49,382 bases of DNA from Candidatus Zixiibacteriota bacterium (lineage in GTDB: Bacteria; RBG-13-66-14; B26-G2; WVWN01), in NCBI GenBank assembly GCA_050117845.1, contig JASFLY010000021.1:1-49382 (forward strand). Reading direction: 5' to 3'. The translations under genes and the position numbers were made by a program. Each line of letters begins with the position of its first letter. Position 1 is the stretch's first letter. Positions 26,787 to 35,583 of this stretch are shown here, one piece after another. Under the pieces are notes generated by a model, which ran no database searches, had not been told where the DNA came from, and was given only the letters and a program-made list of their open reading frames with translations.

Positions 26787-26830
26787 CGGCGACAGGCCGA
26801 AACGTAAAAACGGCGACCTTTGGGGGTCGC

Positions 26831-26888
26831 CGGGTACATTATTACAAAACCCGACGGGTAATTTTAGGCCGCCGGGTATTTTTTACTC
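26831..26888. promoter_or_regulatory. Putative upstream activator sequences for the bEBP
   Basis: CGGGTA at 26831, 26855 and 26873, each followed by an AT-rich tract; the last forms the near-palindrome GGGTA-N5-TACTC. Confidence 0.45.
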
Positions 26889-26909
26889 ATCAACTTTTCC
26901 GCTTCAGGA

Positions 26910-28256
26910 TCAAGGTTCGCTTTCTTTGAGCTTCTTGGCCAATGTCTTCCGGTTAATGTCTAGTATCCTGGCGGCCTCGGTCTTATTGCCGCCGACGGAC
27001 GCCAGGACGTTTTGTATGTACTCCACTTCCACCTCATCCAGCGTCCGGTTCAGGTTGGCTTCCTTCACCGTGCGCTGTCTCATCAGCGACGGGAGGTCGG
27101 GCGTGTCTATTGCCTCGGCGTCGGTCATCGCGACGAGGCGGTGAATGACGTTCTCGAGTTCCCGTACGTTGCCCGGCCAGTAGTATTCCCGGAATATATT
27201 GATAACGTTGTCCGAAAGGCGGGGGGCGTCCTTTCCCATCTCTTCGGTATATTTTTTTAGGAAGAAATTCACGAGCAGGAGAATGTCGTCCCCGCGGTCC
27301 CGGAGCGGCGGGATTTCAATGGTGAGGACGGCGAGGCGGTAATAGAGGTCGTCGCGGAACGCCCGCTTGTCCACCAGATGCAGCAGGTCCTTGTTGGAGG
27401 CGGCGATGACGCGAACGTCGGCGCGGTGGGGCCGCCGCGAGCCCACCATGTATATTTCCTTGTCCTGCAGAACCCGGAGGAGTTTGACCTGCATCGAAAG
27501 GTTGGTCTCGCCGATTTCGTCGAGGAAGATGGTCCCACCGTCGGCGGTCTGGAAGAAGCCGGCCCTGGTTTCCCGGGCGCCGGTGAAGGCCCCCTTGACG
27601 TGGCCGAACAGCTCGCTCTCCAGCAGTTCCTCCGGGACGGCGCCGCAGTTGACCGGAACGAAGGGCGCCGACGCCCGAGCGCTGGCGTAATGGATCGCCC
27701 GGGCGACGAGTTCCTTGCCGGTCCCGCTTTCGCCGGTTATCAGGACCGTCGCGTTGGCGGCCGCGGCCTTCTCGACCTCGCCGAAGACCTTCCGCATTAC
27801 CGCCGACGTGCCGACGATGCCGTATCGGGAGAGGTCCCCGGCCGCAGGCTTACGTTCCGTCATGCGCCGGGCTTCCAGCTTCTCGAGGACCCGCGCCACC
27901 GCGGCGTAGAGTTCGCCGTCCGTGAACGGCTTCGCCAGGTATTCCTCCGCTCCCGTCTTCACCGCCTCGACCGCGTCCGGTACGGAAGCGTAGCCGGTTA
28001 TCATCATCACCTCGGTGTCGGGGAGATTCTCGCGGACGTACCGTATAAGCTCCAGGCCCGAGACTCGCGGCATCTTCATATCCGTTATCACGACGTCGAC
28101 GGCCGCCTGGCCCAGCAGCCTTATGGCCTCCGGCACGCCGGGCGCCGTGAACACGGCGTAGCCCTGGCCGCCGAGTTTGCGCTGGAGAGCCTCGAGTATC
28201 TCGGGCACGTCGTCGACTATTAACAAGCGGGGTCTATCCTCATTTGCCGTAGACAC
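26910..28256 (-). CDS. sigma54-dependent response regulator (NtrC family: REC-AAA+-HTH)
   Basis: LIVDD, TDMKMP, GESGTGKE, ESELFGHVKGAFTGA, FLDEIGE, WPGNVREL, NKTEAARILDI. Confidence 0.96.
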   Translation of the reverse strand: MSTANEDRPRLLIVDDVPEILEALQRKLGGQGYAVFTAPGVPEAIRLLGQAAVDVVITDMKMPRVSGLELIRYVRENLPDTEVMMITGYASVPDAVEAVKTGAEEYLAKPFTDGELYAAVARVLEKLEARRMTERKPAAGDLSRYGIVGTSAVMRKVFGEVEKAAAANATVLITGESGTGKELVARAIHYASARASAPFVPVNCGAVPEELLESELFGHVKGAFTGARETRAGFFQTADGGTIFLDEIGETNLSMQVKLLRVLQDKEIYMVGSRRPHRADVRVIAASNKDLLHLVDKRAFRDDLYYRLAVLTIEIPPLRDRGDDILLLVNFFLKKYTEEMGKDAPRLSDNVINIFREYYWPGNVRELENVIHRLVAMTDAEAIDTPDLPSLMRQRTVKEANLNRTLDEVEVEYIQNVLASVGGNKTEAARILDINRKTLAKKLKESEP

Positions 28257-30003
28257 GGCGACCTTCCTTTCGGGCGGGCGGGCGAAGGGGGATGCGGACT
28301 TCGAAACGGGAGCCTTTCCCTGGTTCGCTGTCGGCCGTCACCGTCCCGCCGTGGGCCGTTACGATGCCGTGGACGACCGGCAACCCCAGGCCCGTGCCCT
28401 TGCCTACTTCCTTGGTGGTAAAGAACGGGAGGAAGATACTGCGTATCGTTTCCTCAGTCATGCCGATGCCGGTATCTTCCACTTCCAAACGAACGAATTC
28501 GCCGTCGGCGCGCGTCCGCACCGTGAGCGTACCACCCTCCGGCATGGCCTGGACCGCGTTGACCACGAGATTAACGATGACTTGGTTGAGCTGTCCCGGG
28601 TCGGCCGTGACGGTCGGTAAGTTCGGCGCGAGTTCCCTTACGCACCTGACGTTATCCTTGTCGAAGCGGGACTCGAGGAACGCCAGCGCTTCCGCGGCGA
28701 TATCGCTGAGGTCAACCGTACTCTCGATGGTCGGCATCTGCCGCGCGAAGATAAGGAGGTTCTTAACTATTTCCCGAGCGTGTAACGAGGCCGTTAATAT
28801 CTTTTCGAGGTCGCGTACTATCTGTTCCGGTGCGTCCGGGTTCTCGTTTACGAGTTCGGAAAAGGCGAGGATGATCTCCAGCGGCTCGTTGAGTTCATGG
28901 GCAACGCCGGCGGCGAGCTGACCGATGGTGGCCAGCCGGTCGGCGTGTCGTAGTTGCCCCTGGAGCCGCGCCCGCTCCTCTTCAGCCATGCGGTTCTCAA
29001 TAATCAGCCCTATCTGCCGGGCGATAGCGTCGAGGAGCGTTTGTTCCTCCCGAAGGAAAATCCCCGGCTCATAATCCGACTTCGCTTCCTTGTACTGGGC
29101 TTCGACGACGCCGTGTCTTCGGCCTTCTACGAGGACGTCGGCGGATAGTTTGTACGGCGTGTCATCCAATTCCTCGGTGGAGTACACGTCGCCGTCGATG
29201 ACTATCTTCCCGACCGTGATGTCCGGGTATTGCATTGCCGGCGGCAGAAGGCGGACCACTTCGGCGTAGACTTCCTCCGCCGATATCCCGGGACGCGACG
29301 CTATTTCGGCAATCCCGTACAGGCAGGTCATTTCCTTCACGCGCTCGCGGAGTTCCCAGTGGGTACGTCGGTCGGCGATAGCGACGCCGACGTTTCGCGC
29401 GATACCCTCGAAGAACTCGGCGCTCCGGCGGGAGAAGAAATCCTCCCGGCGCGATTTCAGTAGCAGGAGGCCCACGTCGTCGTCTCCCACCGCGAACGGC
29501 GCCGCGAGTAACGAGGGGTACCGGCCGGAAAGTTCGACCGCGGGGAGGGGAGCGTCTCCCCCGGCCGCGCCGTCCGATGAAGGCGTCCAAAGGCCGTTCG
29601 AAGTCATGAACGTTCCGCGCTCGGTGAAGTGGCGTTCCGCGGCGTCGGCCGCGCCGCGCAGGAGTTCGTGGCACAGGCGCTCGAGCGGCGTTCCGTCGTC
29701 CGCGCACGGAAGGGGCCGGCCGGCGTCGTCGAGGCCGCCGTTGATTATACCGAAACGGAAATTAGGATCCACGCCGCCGAGCATCTCAGCGTAGTAATTG
29801 AAATCGCCGTCCCGCAGCCGTAACTCGGCCGCATCGCAACCCGAGAAATCGAGTATTACGGCGAACAGCGTTCTCAGGAATTCGCCCCGGGGCAGCCCGC
29901 GATTCCCCAACCGGAGTATTCGGTGCGATAATTCGTAATACTCGTCAACCCGCAGGCGATCCCGGGGAGAGAGGGCCATAAAATTGTCGTTATTATTTCC
30001 CAT
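28240..30003 (-). CDS. Cytoplasmic GAF-like sensor histidine kinase
   Basis: H-box GVAHELNEPL, N-box NLVVNA, DTGIGM, GKGTGLGL; no TM segments; start ATG 30003 (or 29979) because the ORF-track TTG lies in the -35 box. Confidence 0.9.
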   Translation of the reverse strand: MGNNNDNFMALSPRDRLRVDEYYELSHRILRLGNRGLPRGEFLRTLFAVILDFSGCDAAELRLRDGDFNYYAEMLGGVDPNFRFGIINGGLDDAGRPLPCADDGTPLERLCHELLRGAADAAERHFTERGTFMTSNGLWTPSSDGAAGGDAPLPAVELSGRYPSLLAAPFAVGDDDVGLLLLKSRREDFFSRRSAEFFEGIARNVGVAIADRRTHWELRERVKEMTCLYGIAEIASRPGISAEEVYAEVVRLLPPAMQYPDITVGKIVIDGDVYSTEELDDTPYKLSADVLVEGRRHGVVEAQYKEAKSDYEPGIFLREEQTLLDAIARQIGLIIENRMAEEERARLQGQLRHADRLATIGQLAAGVAHELNEPLEIILAFSELVNENPDAPEQIVRDLEKILTASLHAREIVKNLLIFARQMPTIESTVDLSDIAAEALAFLESRFDKDNVRCVRELAPNLPTVTADPGQLNQVIVNLVVNAVQAMPEGGTLTVRTRADGEFVRLEVEDTGIGMTEETIRSIFLPFFTTKEVGKGTGLGLPVVHGIVTAHGGTVTADSEPGKGSRFEVRIPLRPPARKEGRRVYGK

Positions 30004-30043
30004 GGCGGCCGCCGGGGCGCAAGCGCCGCCAGCGAAGGCTTCT

Positions 30044-30072
30044 ACGTTATATAAACCCGGGCCTGATGTCAA
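30044..30072 (-). promoter_or_regulatory. sigma70 promoter of the kinase/regulator pair
   Basis: TTGACA-17 nt-TAACGT. Confidence 0.6.
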
Positions 30073-30141
30073 TAGTGTACGTTACCGTACCCCTTAAGCT
30101 GCGCGGCCGGTGTTTTCCCATCGTCGGCGGAGTTCGATTAT

Positions 30142-30268
30142 AAAAGGTGTGCCCCCGGTTGCCCGGGGGCCTTTATAGGGGAAAGGGGGTGGGGAATGGG
30201 TTATTTAAAGGTGGTGCTTTAACGTTCCGTTTACTCGGCCTCTTTGCGTCCGGCGGCCTTTGCCGCGG
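30142..30268 (-). ncRNA. Candidate small RNA
   Basis: Extended -10 (TGcTAAACT at 30281-30273), two hairpins, a C-rich single-stranded tract, then hairpin GCCCCCGG-GCAA-CCGGGGGC and a T-run. Confidence 0.3.
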
Positions 30269-30405
30269 TTTCAGTTTAGCACCCCCGTATGTCAGAAAAC
30301 GTCAGTTGGGTTGTCGGGAAGAGCAAAGAAGAACGCCCGGCCGGGACGGGCCGGGCGTAATTGGCTAGGACGATCTTTAAACGCGGAGCGCGATTTAGCC
30401 CCGCG

Positions 30406-30879
30406 TCATTTCACTCCGTACAAACAAACGGCGTTCTTCAAGAGCTCTTTCGCTTCGGCTTCGTCGACGGCGTCGTTTTCGGCGTAACGAATCGAGCCGT
30501 CCCCGGCCTTGCACGCTATTTGGAAGATCTTTTCGTTCTTGGCCTGGCGCATGGCCTGGTGCACGCCGCAATAAGCGCTTACCCAGACGGTTCCGAATTG
30601 TGGCGCTTGCGAGGCGACTTCGGAGATAGCGGCCGGTACGTCAAGGCCTATGGCCTTGTATACTTCCACCGTATCGGCGAACGGGCACTTCTTCTGAACG
30701 AAAATGCCGGGTTTAATCTCTTCGGACGGTCCCTGCAATTCGTCGAGGTCGCTTTTTGCCTGGCCCAACGCTTTGCCCACGTCGCTCAACAAGCGGGCGG
30801 TCGACGTTCCCAGAAGGTCGTTTGTCTTCTGTATCATCGTAATAAACGAAATGCACGGAAGCGGGAATATATCGGCCAT
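30406..30879 (-). CDS. Hypothetical Cys/His-containing protein co-transcribed with the roadblock gene
   Basis: SD AGGAGG before ATG 30879; motifs KCPF, YCGVHQ, QIACK, VCLY. Confidence 0.7.
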   Translation of the reverse strand: MADIFPLPCISFITMIQKTNDLLGTSTARLLSDVGKALGQAKSDLDELQGPSEEIKPGIFVQKKCPFADTVEVYKAIGLDVPAAISEVASQAPQFGTVWVSAYCGVHQAMRQAKNEKIFQIACKAGDGSIRYAENDAVDEAEAKELLKNAVCLYGVK

Positions 30880-30923
30880 TCTTATCCTCCTACTCAATAC
30901 CCATTGTCCTCGGGCCGAGGACC

Positions 30924-31292
30924 TTAGACTATTTTCTTTAACTCTTTAACCGTATTGCGCATGTCGAGGAATATCATACCTAACTTCGCGTCGGCCCGGC
31001 ACAAGCCCCCGAGAACGGCGTCCCCGGCGCCCATCAGAACGAGGTAACCGTTCTCGCCCTTAACGTAAACTTCGCTCAAACCGCCGCGGTCGAGTTCCGC
31101 CGCACTCCGCTCGCCGAGCGCGAGCAGGGCCGCCGACATCGCGGCCACCCGGTCCTCGTCCACGTCCGTACGGAGAGCGCTGGCCATAACCAGGCCGTCG
31201 GCCGAGACGACGACGCTGCCCTCGATATCGGGCGTGCCGGCCTCGAGGTCTTCAAGCAATTCTTTGAGAATTTCTCCACGAGATTTTGCCAT
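30924..31292 (-). CDS. Roadblock/LC7 (MglB-like) protein
   Basis: VVVSADGLVMAS, EDRVAAMSAALLALGER, VYVKGENG, AKLGMIFLDM; SD AAGGAG. Confidence 0.9.
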   Translation of the reverse strand: MAKSRGEILKELLEDLEAGTPDIEGSVVVSADGLVMASALRTDVDEDRVAAMSAALLALGERSAAELDRGGLSEVYVKGENGYLVLMGAGDAVLGGLCRADAKLGMIFLDMRNTVKELKKIV

Positions 31293-31355
31293 GTTAGCTT
31301 CTCCTTTTTTCGTTATTATTGCGGTATTTTCGAATGACGGGGTATAGTGTTTATA

Positions 31356-31385
31356 ATTATAACCAATTTGGTTATATTAAGTCAA
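31356..31385 (-). promoter_or_regulatory. sigma70 promoter overlapped by a perfect inverted repeat (operator-like)
   Basis: TTGACT-18 nt-TATAAT; TATAACCAA-T-TTGGTTATA at 31358-31376. Confidence 0.6.
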
Positions 31386-31498
31386 ACCAACAACAACTTT
31401 TTTCGCCCTTTGGGGAAACTGCTCCCATATTACTACGGTGGTTAATATATCATAAAAACGGCCTCGTCGGCGTTGAATTCGAAGTAAAACGGCCGTTT

Positions 31499-33103
31499 TT
31501 ATTTCCGGCGGAGGATAATCCTAATAACTTCGGGAACTTCCGGCGCCCGAAATAGGCGTGCCAGAAGGACGTACGCCGGGACGGCGGCCGCGATGGCGGC
31601 CAGAAGGGCGGCGGCTTGGGGGAGAGTCCCGGCGGGGACGTAGTACTCAAGGGCCAGCCGGGCAGGGACGAGCAGAGCCGCAAGCAACACGCTCGCGCCG
31701 CCGAAGCGAAGGCCGGCGGCGGCGATGCGCCGGAAACCGATGGGGCCTACGGCCCGGCGGAACCGGTATATAAGGTACGCCAGGGAGCACGTTGTTGAAA
31801 TCGATATCGCCAGCGCGATGCCCGGGCCGCCTATCAGAAGCGCCAGTATTACCGTGAATACGAGGTTGGAAACCAGCGCCACGACGCCACCGCGAATCGG
31901 CTCCCGGGGGAGTTTGAGGGCGTAGAAGGCGGGGGTAATTATTTGCATGCCGACGAAGGCGAAGAGGCCGAGAGCGAACGCGCCGAGGATTACCGCCGTA
32001 GAAGCGCTGTCGGCCGCGGTGAAGGCGCCCCGTTCGTAGATGACGCGAACCAGCGGCTCGCCCAGGATTACGAGGCCGACGGTCGCCGGCAACGATATAA
32101 AGAGCGACGCTCGTAACGCGAAGGAGACGAGGTCTTTAAACGTCTCCATCTCGCCGCGCGCCGCGTGACGGCTGATACGGGGGAGGAGGGCGTTGGCCAG
32201 AGAGAAACCGAAAACGCCCATCGGGAATTGCAGCAACCGCTCGGCGTACATTATAAAGGACACGACGCCCACGCCGACGAGGGACGCCGCGGCGGTATTA
32301 ATTAAAAGGTTGATGCGGACGACGCCGATGGAGAACAGCGCCGGGACCATTAAAAGGCCAACCTTTTTCAGCGCCGGATGGCGGAGGTTGAAGCGGGGCC
32401 GGAATCGGAATCCCAGGCGGTAGAGGCTGGGCACCTGGATGAGGACCTGCGCCGCGCCGCCGGCCAAAACCCCTACCGTAAGGGCGTATATCTGCTCCTC
32501 GGGGGTATCGCCCCACAGCGGAACCAGGATAAAAAGGGAGGCCAGCGCGAAGACGTTCATTACCACCGGGGCGCAGGCGGGGACCGCGAACTTGTAAAAA
32601 GAATTCAGGATGCCCATCGCCAGCGCCGACGTCATCATGAAAAGCATATAGGGGAGCATGATGCGGGCAAGACGTAGCGTCAGGTCGAAAGTGGCCGCTT
32701 CTTTCACGAAACCGGGTGCGATGACGGCCACGACGCCGGGCATGGCGAAGATTCCCAGTATTACCAAGACGGCGACGACGGCGAAGAACAGCGTGTACAG
32801 CGATTGCATGAAACGGAACGCGCCGTCCCGGCCTTCGAGTTCTAGCTGCTCCGTAAATACGGGAACGACGAAGGCCGACATCGCCCCCTCGCCCAGAAGC
32901 CGCCGCAGGACGTACGGTATGACGAACGCGATGCGGAATGCGTCCGTCACCCAGTTGGCGCCGAATATGGCCGCGAACGCCACTTCCCGGGCCAACCCCA
33001 GGATGCGGCTCGCGACCGTCGCCGCGCCGATAACGCCGGCGGCCCGGAAAAAACTCCCCCGACCGTCGCCGTCTTTTACGCTTGCCTCTTGCCCTTGCGC
33101 CAC
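31499..33103 (-). CDS. murJ: Lipid II flippase MurJ (MviN)
   Basis: SRILGLARE, DAFRIAF, RRLLGEGAMS, RLLQFPMG, ERGAF; many TM helices. Confidence 0.95.
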   Translation of the reverse strand: MAQGQEASVKDGDGRGSFFRAAGVIGAATVASRILGLAREVAFAAIFGANWVTDAFRIAFVIPYVLRRLLGEGAMSAFVVPVFTEQLELEGRDGAFRFMQSLYTLFFAVVAVLVILGIFAMPGVVAVIAPGFVKEAATFDLTLRLARIMLPYMLFMMTSALAMGILNSFYKFAVPACAPVVMNVFALASLFILVPLWGDTPEEQIYALTVGVLAGGAAQVLIQVPSLYRLGFRFRPRFNLRHPALKKVGLLMVPALFSIGVVRINLLINTAAASLVGVGVVSFIMYAERLLQFPMGVFGFSLANALLPRISRHAARGEMETFKDLVSFALRASLFISLPATVGLVILGEPLVRVIYERGAFTAADSASTAVILGAFALGLFAFVGMQIITPAFYALKLPREPIRGGVVALVSNLVFTVILALLIGGPGIALAISISTTCSLAYLIYRFRRAVGPIGFRRIAAAGLRFGGASVLLAALLVPARLALEYYVPAGTLPQAAALLAAIAAAVPAYVLLARLFRAPEVPEVIRIILRRK

Positions 33104-33123
33104 GGTTATCGTACGATGCCTCT

Positions 33124-33678
33124 ATGGTAAAAGTGGTGTTCTTGGACCGGGATGGCGTCCTCAACCAGGATAGCCCGGATTATATCAAAAACGAGGCCGA
33201 GTTGGAGCTTTTCCCGTTCGCCCGGGAGGCGGTCGCGACTTTCCGCCGGGCGGGATGGGTCGTCTACGTAGCCTCCAATCAATCGGTCGTAGGCCGGGGC
33301 CTTTCCACTATGGCGGAAGTAGAGGCCGTTCGGGAGAAGCTCGTTCGCCTCGCCGGCCCCTTCGACGGGATATACTATTGCTACCATACCCCCGAGGATC
33401 GTTGTGAATGCCGCAAACCGGAACCGGGCCTACTTCTTCGGGGCCTGGCCGACGCCGAGGAAAAGGGGCCGGTGGAGGAGTGTTGGATGGTCGGCGACAG
33501 CGCTCGGGACGTAGAGGCCGGCCGGCGGGCCGGCTGCAAAACCGCGGCGGTACTAAGCGGCCGTCTGACGGCCGAGGCCGCCCGTGAAATCTCGCCCCCA
33601 CCCGACCTTATCGTCGCCGACGTATTGGAGGCGGCGCTTGTGATTACCGGGGGAGGGGTCGGAAACGACGGCCGGTAA
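33124..33678 (+). CDS. gmhB: D-glycero-manno-heptose 1,7-bisphosphate phosphatase (HAD family)
   Basis: FLDRDGVLN, SNQS, CYH...CECRKP, MVGDS; start ATG 33124. Confidence 0.85.
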   Translation: MVKVVFLDRDGVLNQDSPDYIKNEAELELFPFAREAVATFRRAGWVVYVASNQSVVGRGLSTMAEVEAVREKLVRLAGPFDGIYYCYHTPEDRCECRKPEPGLLLRGLADAEEKGPVEECWMVGDSARDVEAGRRAGCKTAAVLSGRLTAEAAREISPPPDLIVADVLEAALVITGGGVGNDGR

Positions 33679-33683
33679 TGCAT

Positions 33684-33714
33684 AAAAAAACGGCGGGGCG
33701 CGGGCCCCGCCGTT
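33684..33714 (-). terminator. Intrinsic terminator of the exb operon
   Basis: A7-CGGCGGGGC-GCGG-GCCCCGCCG-TT. Confidence 0.75.
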
Positions 33715-33736
33715 GTCTACGTATTAACCTCGGCGC

Positions 33737-34177
33737 CTACCAGGCGCCCTCTTCTTTTTGAACTTCCAGGTTGAAGACGGTGATATTAGCGGCCTGTAGT
33801 TCTTTCATCACCGCTAATATAATACCGTATTCGACGCTTTCCTCAGCCCGTACGTTGGTGATGATTTTTTCGAACGGGACGCCGTTATTGAGGGCCTCGA
33901 TACGGGCCTTCTTAACGCGTTCGGTTATATCGCCCTGCTGCTCGATGGGGACGTTATTGACGTAAACCACGCCCGCCCCGTCAACGACGACCGAAACGAT
34001 GTCGACGTCCTTGGGGATCTTCACGCCGGCGGCCGCGGAGGGGAGGGTAACTTCCACCGCGTCCGGTTGTTTGAAGGACGCCGTCATGAAGAAGAAGATA
34101 AGCAGGAGGATAATGACGTCGACCATCGGCGTCATGTCGATACGGATTGAAACCCGCCGTTGCATCTTCCGTAGCAT
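33737..34177 (-). CDS. exbD: ExbD/TolR family motor subunit
   Basis: IDMTPMVDVIILLLIFFFMT with the essential Asp; VTLP. Confidence 0.92.
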   Translation of the reverse strand: MLRKMQRRVSIRIDMTPMVDVIILLLIFFFMTASFKQPDAVEVTLPSAAAGVKIPKDVDIVSVVVDGAGVVYVNNVPIEQQGDITERVKKARIEALNNGVPFEKIITNVRAEESVEYGIILAVMKELQAANITVFNLEVQKEEGAW

Positions 34178-34201
34178 ATCCGCTAAAACCCTTTCACGCG
34201 T

Positions 34202-34699
34202 CTAACCGCCGGCCTCGGCGGTCGCCGCGGACTCCGTTACTTCTTCGAGTCGAAGCGAGATCTTCTTGACGCCGGTTTGTTCCGAAGCCATCTTGAACTC
34301 GTCGAGGACGTCCATCATGTCCGAATACGTGGCTTCGGGTGAAACGTCGATAATGGTAATGAGTTCCGGATTCTCGCTCTGTCGGGAGCCGATGTATTCG
34401 CCGAGTTCATCGAGGGTTACGATTTTGCCGTCACGATTACGGGTATCGACGACCGATATCACCCCGTCGGCGTCCACTTCCACCGTAAGGACGTTGGATT
34501 CCTTAACGTTTACGGTTTTTTCCCCGATGCCCGGTTGAGGTAGGCGAATTTCGACTGCGGCCGGTTCCTTGAACTGAGACGTCATGAAGAAGAAGATAAG
34601 CAGAAGGATAATGACGTCGACCATCGGCGTCATATCGATGTAGATGCTTATCCTTCTCCCGCCTTTACCGCCGCTCGCGGGAACGTCTGCGCCGGCCAT
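34202..34699 (-). CDS. exbD: ExbD/TolR family motor subunit
   Basis: IDMTPMVDVIILLLIFFFMT; ATYSDMMDVLDE. Confidence 0.92.
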   Translation of the reverse strand: MAGADVPASGGKGGRRISIYIDMTPMVDVIILLLIFFFMTSQFKEPAAVEIRLPQPGIGEKTVNVKESNVLTVEVDADGVISVVDTRNRDGKIVTLDELGEYIGSRQSENPELITIIDVSPEATYSDMMDVLDEFKMASEQTGVKKISLRLEEVTESAATAEAGG

Positions 34700-34702
34700 C
34701 TC

Positions 34703-35530
34703 TTAATCCTCCTTAGTAACGAGGAGGGTTAACAGTTCGTTCGAAGATTCCTCGAAGGTGAAGTTGAACTTATCTATCTTATTGAGATAGAAGTTATACG
34801 CGACGATAGAGATAATAGCGACCGTAAGACCGCCGGCGGTATTGATAAGGGCTTCCGAGATACCGGTAGCTAGCTTGTTCGGGTCGGGACGGCCTTTGGC
34901 CGCGAGAGCCGCGAACGCCCGGATCATCCCGATGACCGTTCCCAACAGGCCGGTCATCGTCCCGATGGAGGCGATGGTCGCAATGAAGATTAGGTTCCGC
35001 TCGAGGAGCGAAGCTTCCATCGCGTTCGTCTCGGAAATGGATTGCTGGATTTCGGCCCGCATCGTAGCGGCGTCGTATTGGCCCTTGACAAGGCCGTATT
35101 TTTCGAGGCCGGCCTTCAATATCCGACCCACGACGCCCTTTTGGTCATCGCAGGCTTTAATTGCCCCCGGGATGTCGCCCTTTTTGAGATGCTCTTTAAT
35201 CATCCCCATGAGGCGGATATGGTTATATTTGCCTTTGGCGCTTCTGTAAGCGGTAGCTCGTTCCACGATGTAGAACGTCGTCAATAATAGCAGGAAGAAC
35301 AGCATATCGACGAGGCCGCCGCCTCGGGCCACTACGGCTCCGCCCTTCCCCAGGACGTTGGCGTTCTCGGTATTATATACGTTCTCTTCCATTCGCTCCG
35401 CGCCGCCGATACTCGCCATGGTATCGAATACGAACGAAAGGTTCTTGCCCATGATAAAGAACCAGGTGACCCACCAGGCGAGGTAGACTACGAACAACAC
35501 GAAGAAAATCGTAAGTATTATCTTTCTCAT
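34703..35530 (-). CDS. exbB: MotA/TolQ/ExbB proton channel protein
   Basis: IATIASIGTMTGLLGTVIGMIRAF...LATGISEALINTAGG. Confidence 0.92.
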   Translation of the reverse strand: MRKIILTIFFVLFVVYLAWWVTWFFIMGKNLSFVFDTMASIGGAERMEENVYNTENANVLGKGGAVVARGGGLVDMLFFLLLLTTFYIVERATAYRSAKGKYNHIRLMGMIKEHLKKGDIPGAIKACDDQKGVVGRILKAGLEKYGLVKGQYDAATMRAEIQQSISETNAMEASLLERNLIFIATIASIGTMTGLLGTVIGMIRAFAALAAKGRPDPNKLATGISEALINTAGGLTVAIISIVAYNFYLNKIDKFNFTFEESSNELLTLLVTKED

Positions 35531-35583
35531 TCTTTTCCGTCCTCTCCTAACGCGTTGATAGGATCAGGCTGAACCGTAGAGGA

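Noticed and set aside
26240..26929. 229-aa plus-strand ORF
   Set aside because: Antisense to the Cys-module gene and runs across the sigma54 promoter/enhancer region; no recognisable motifs.
30004..30072. ORF-track N-terminal extensions (also at 2570, 3502, 5077, 6141, 15013, 17236, 22076, 33082, 44555, 44640)
   Set aside because: The upstream starts fall in promoter boxes or neighbouring genes; downstream ATGs have SD, signal-peptide or family-start support.
30225..30275. c-di-GMP-I (GEMM) riboswitch on the minus strand (AAACC...GGACGCAAAG)
   Set aside because: Only the central words match; the GGCAAA start, GNRA loop and second stem with CUAA receptor are not convincingly present. An Rfam scan would settle it.
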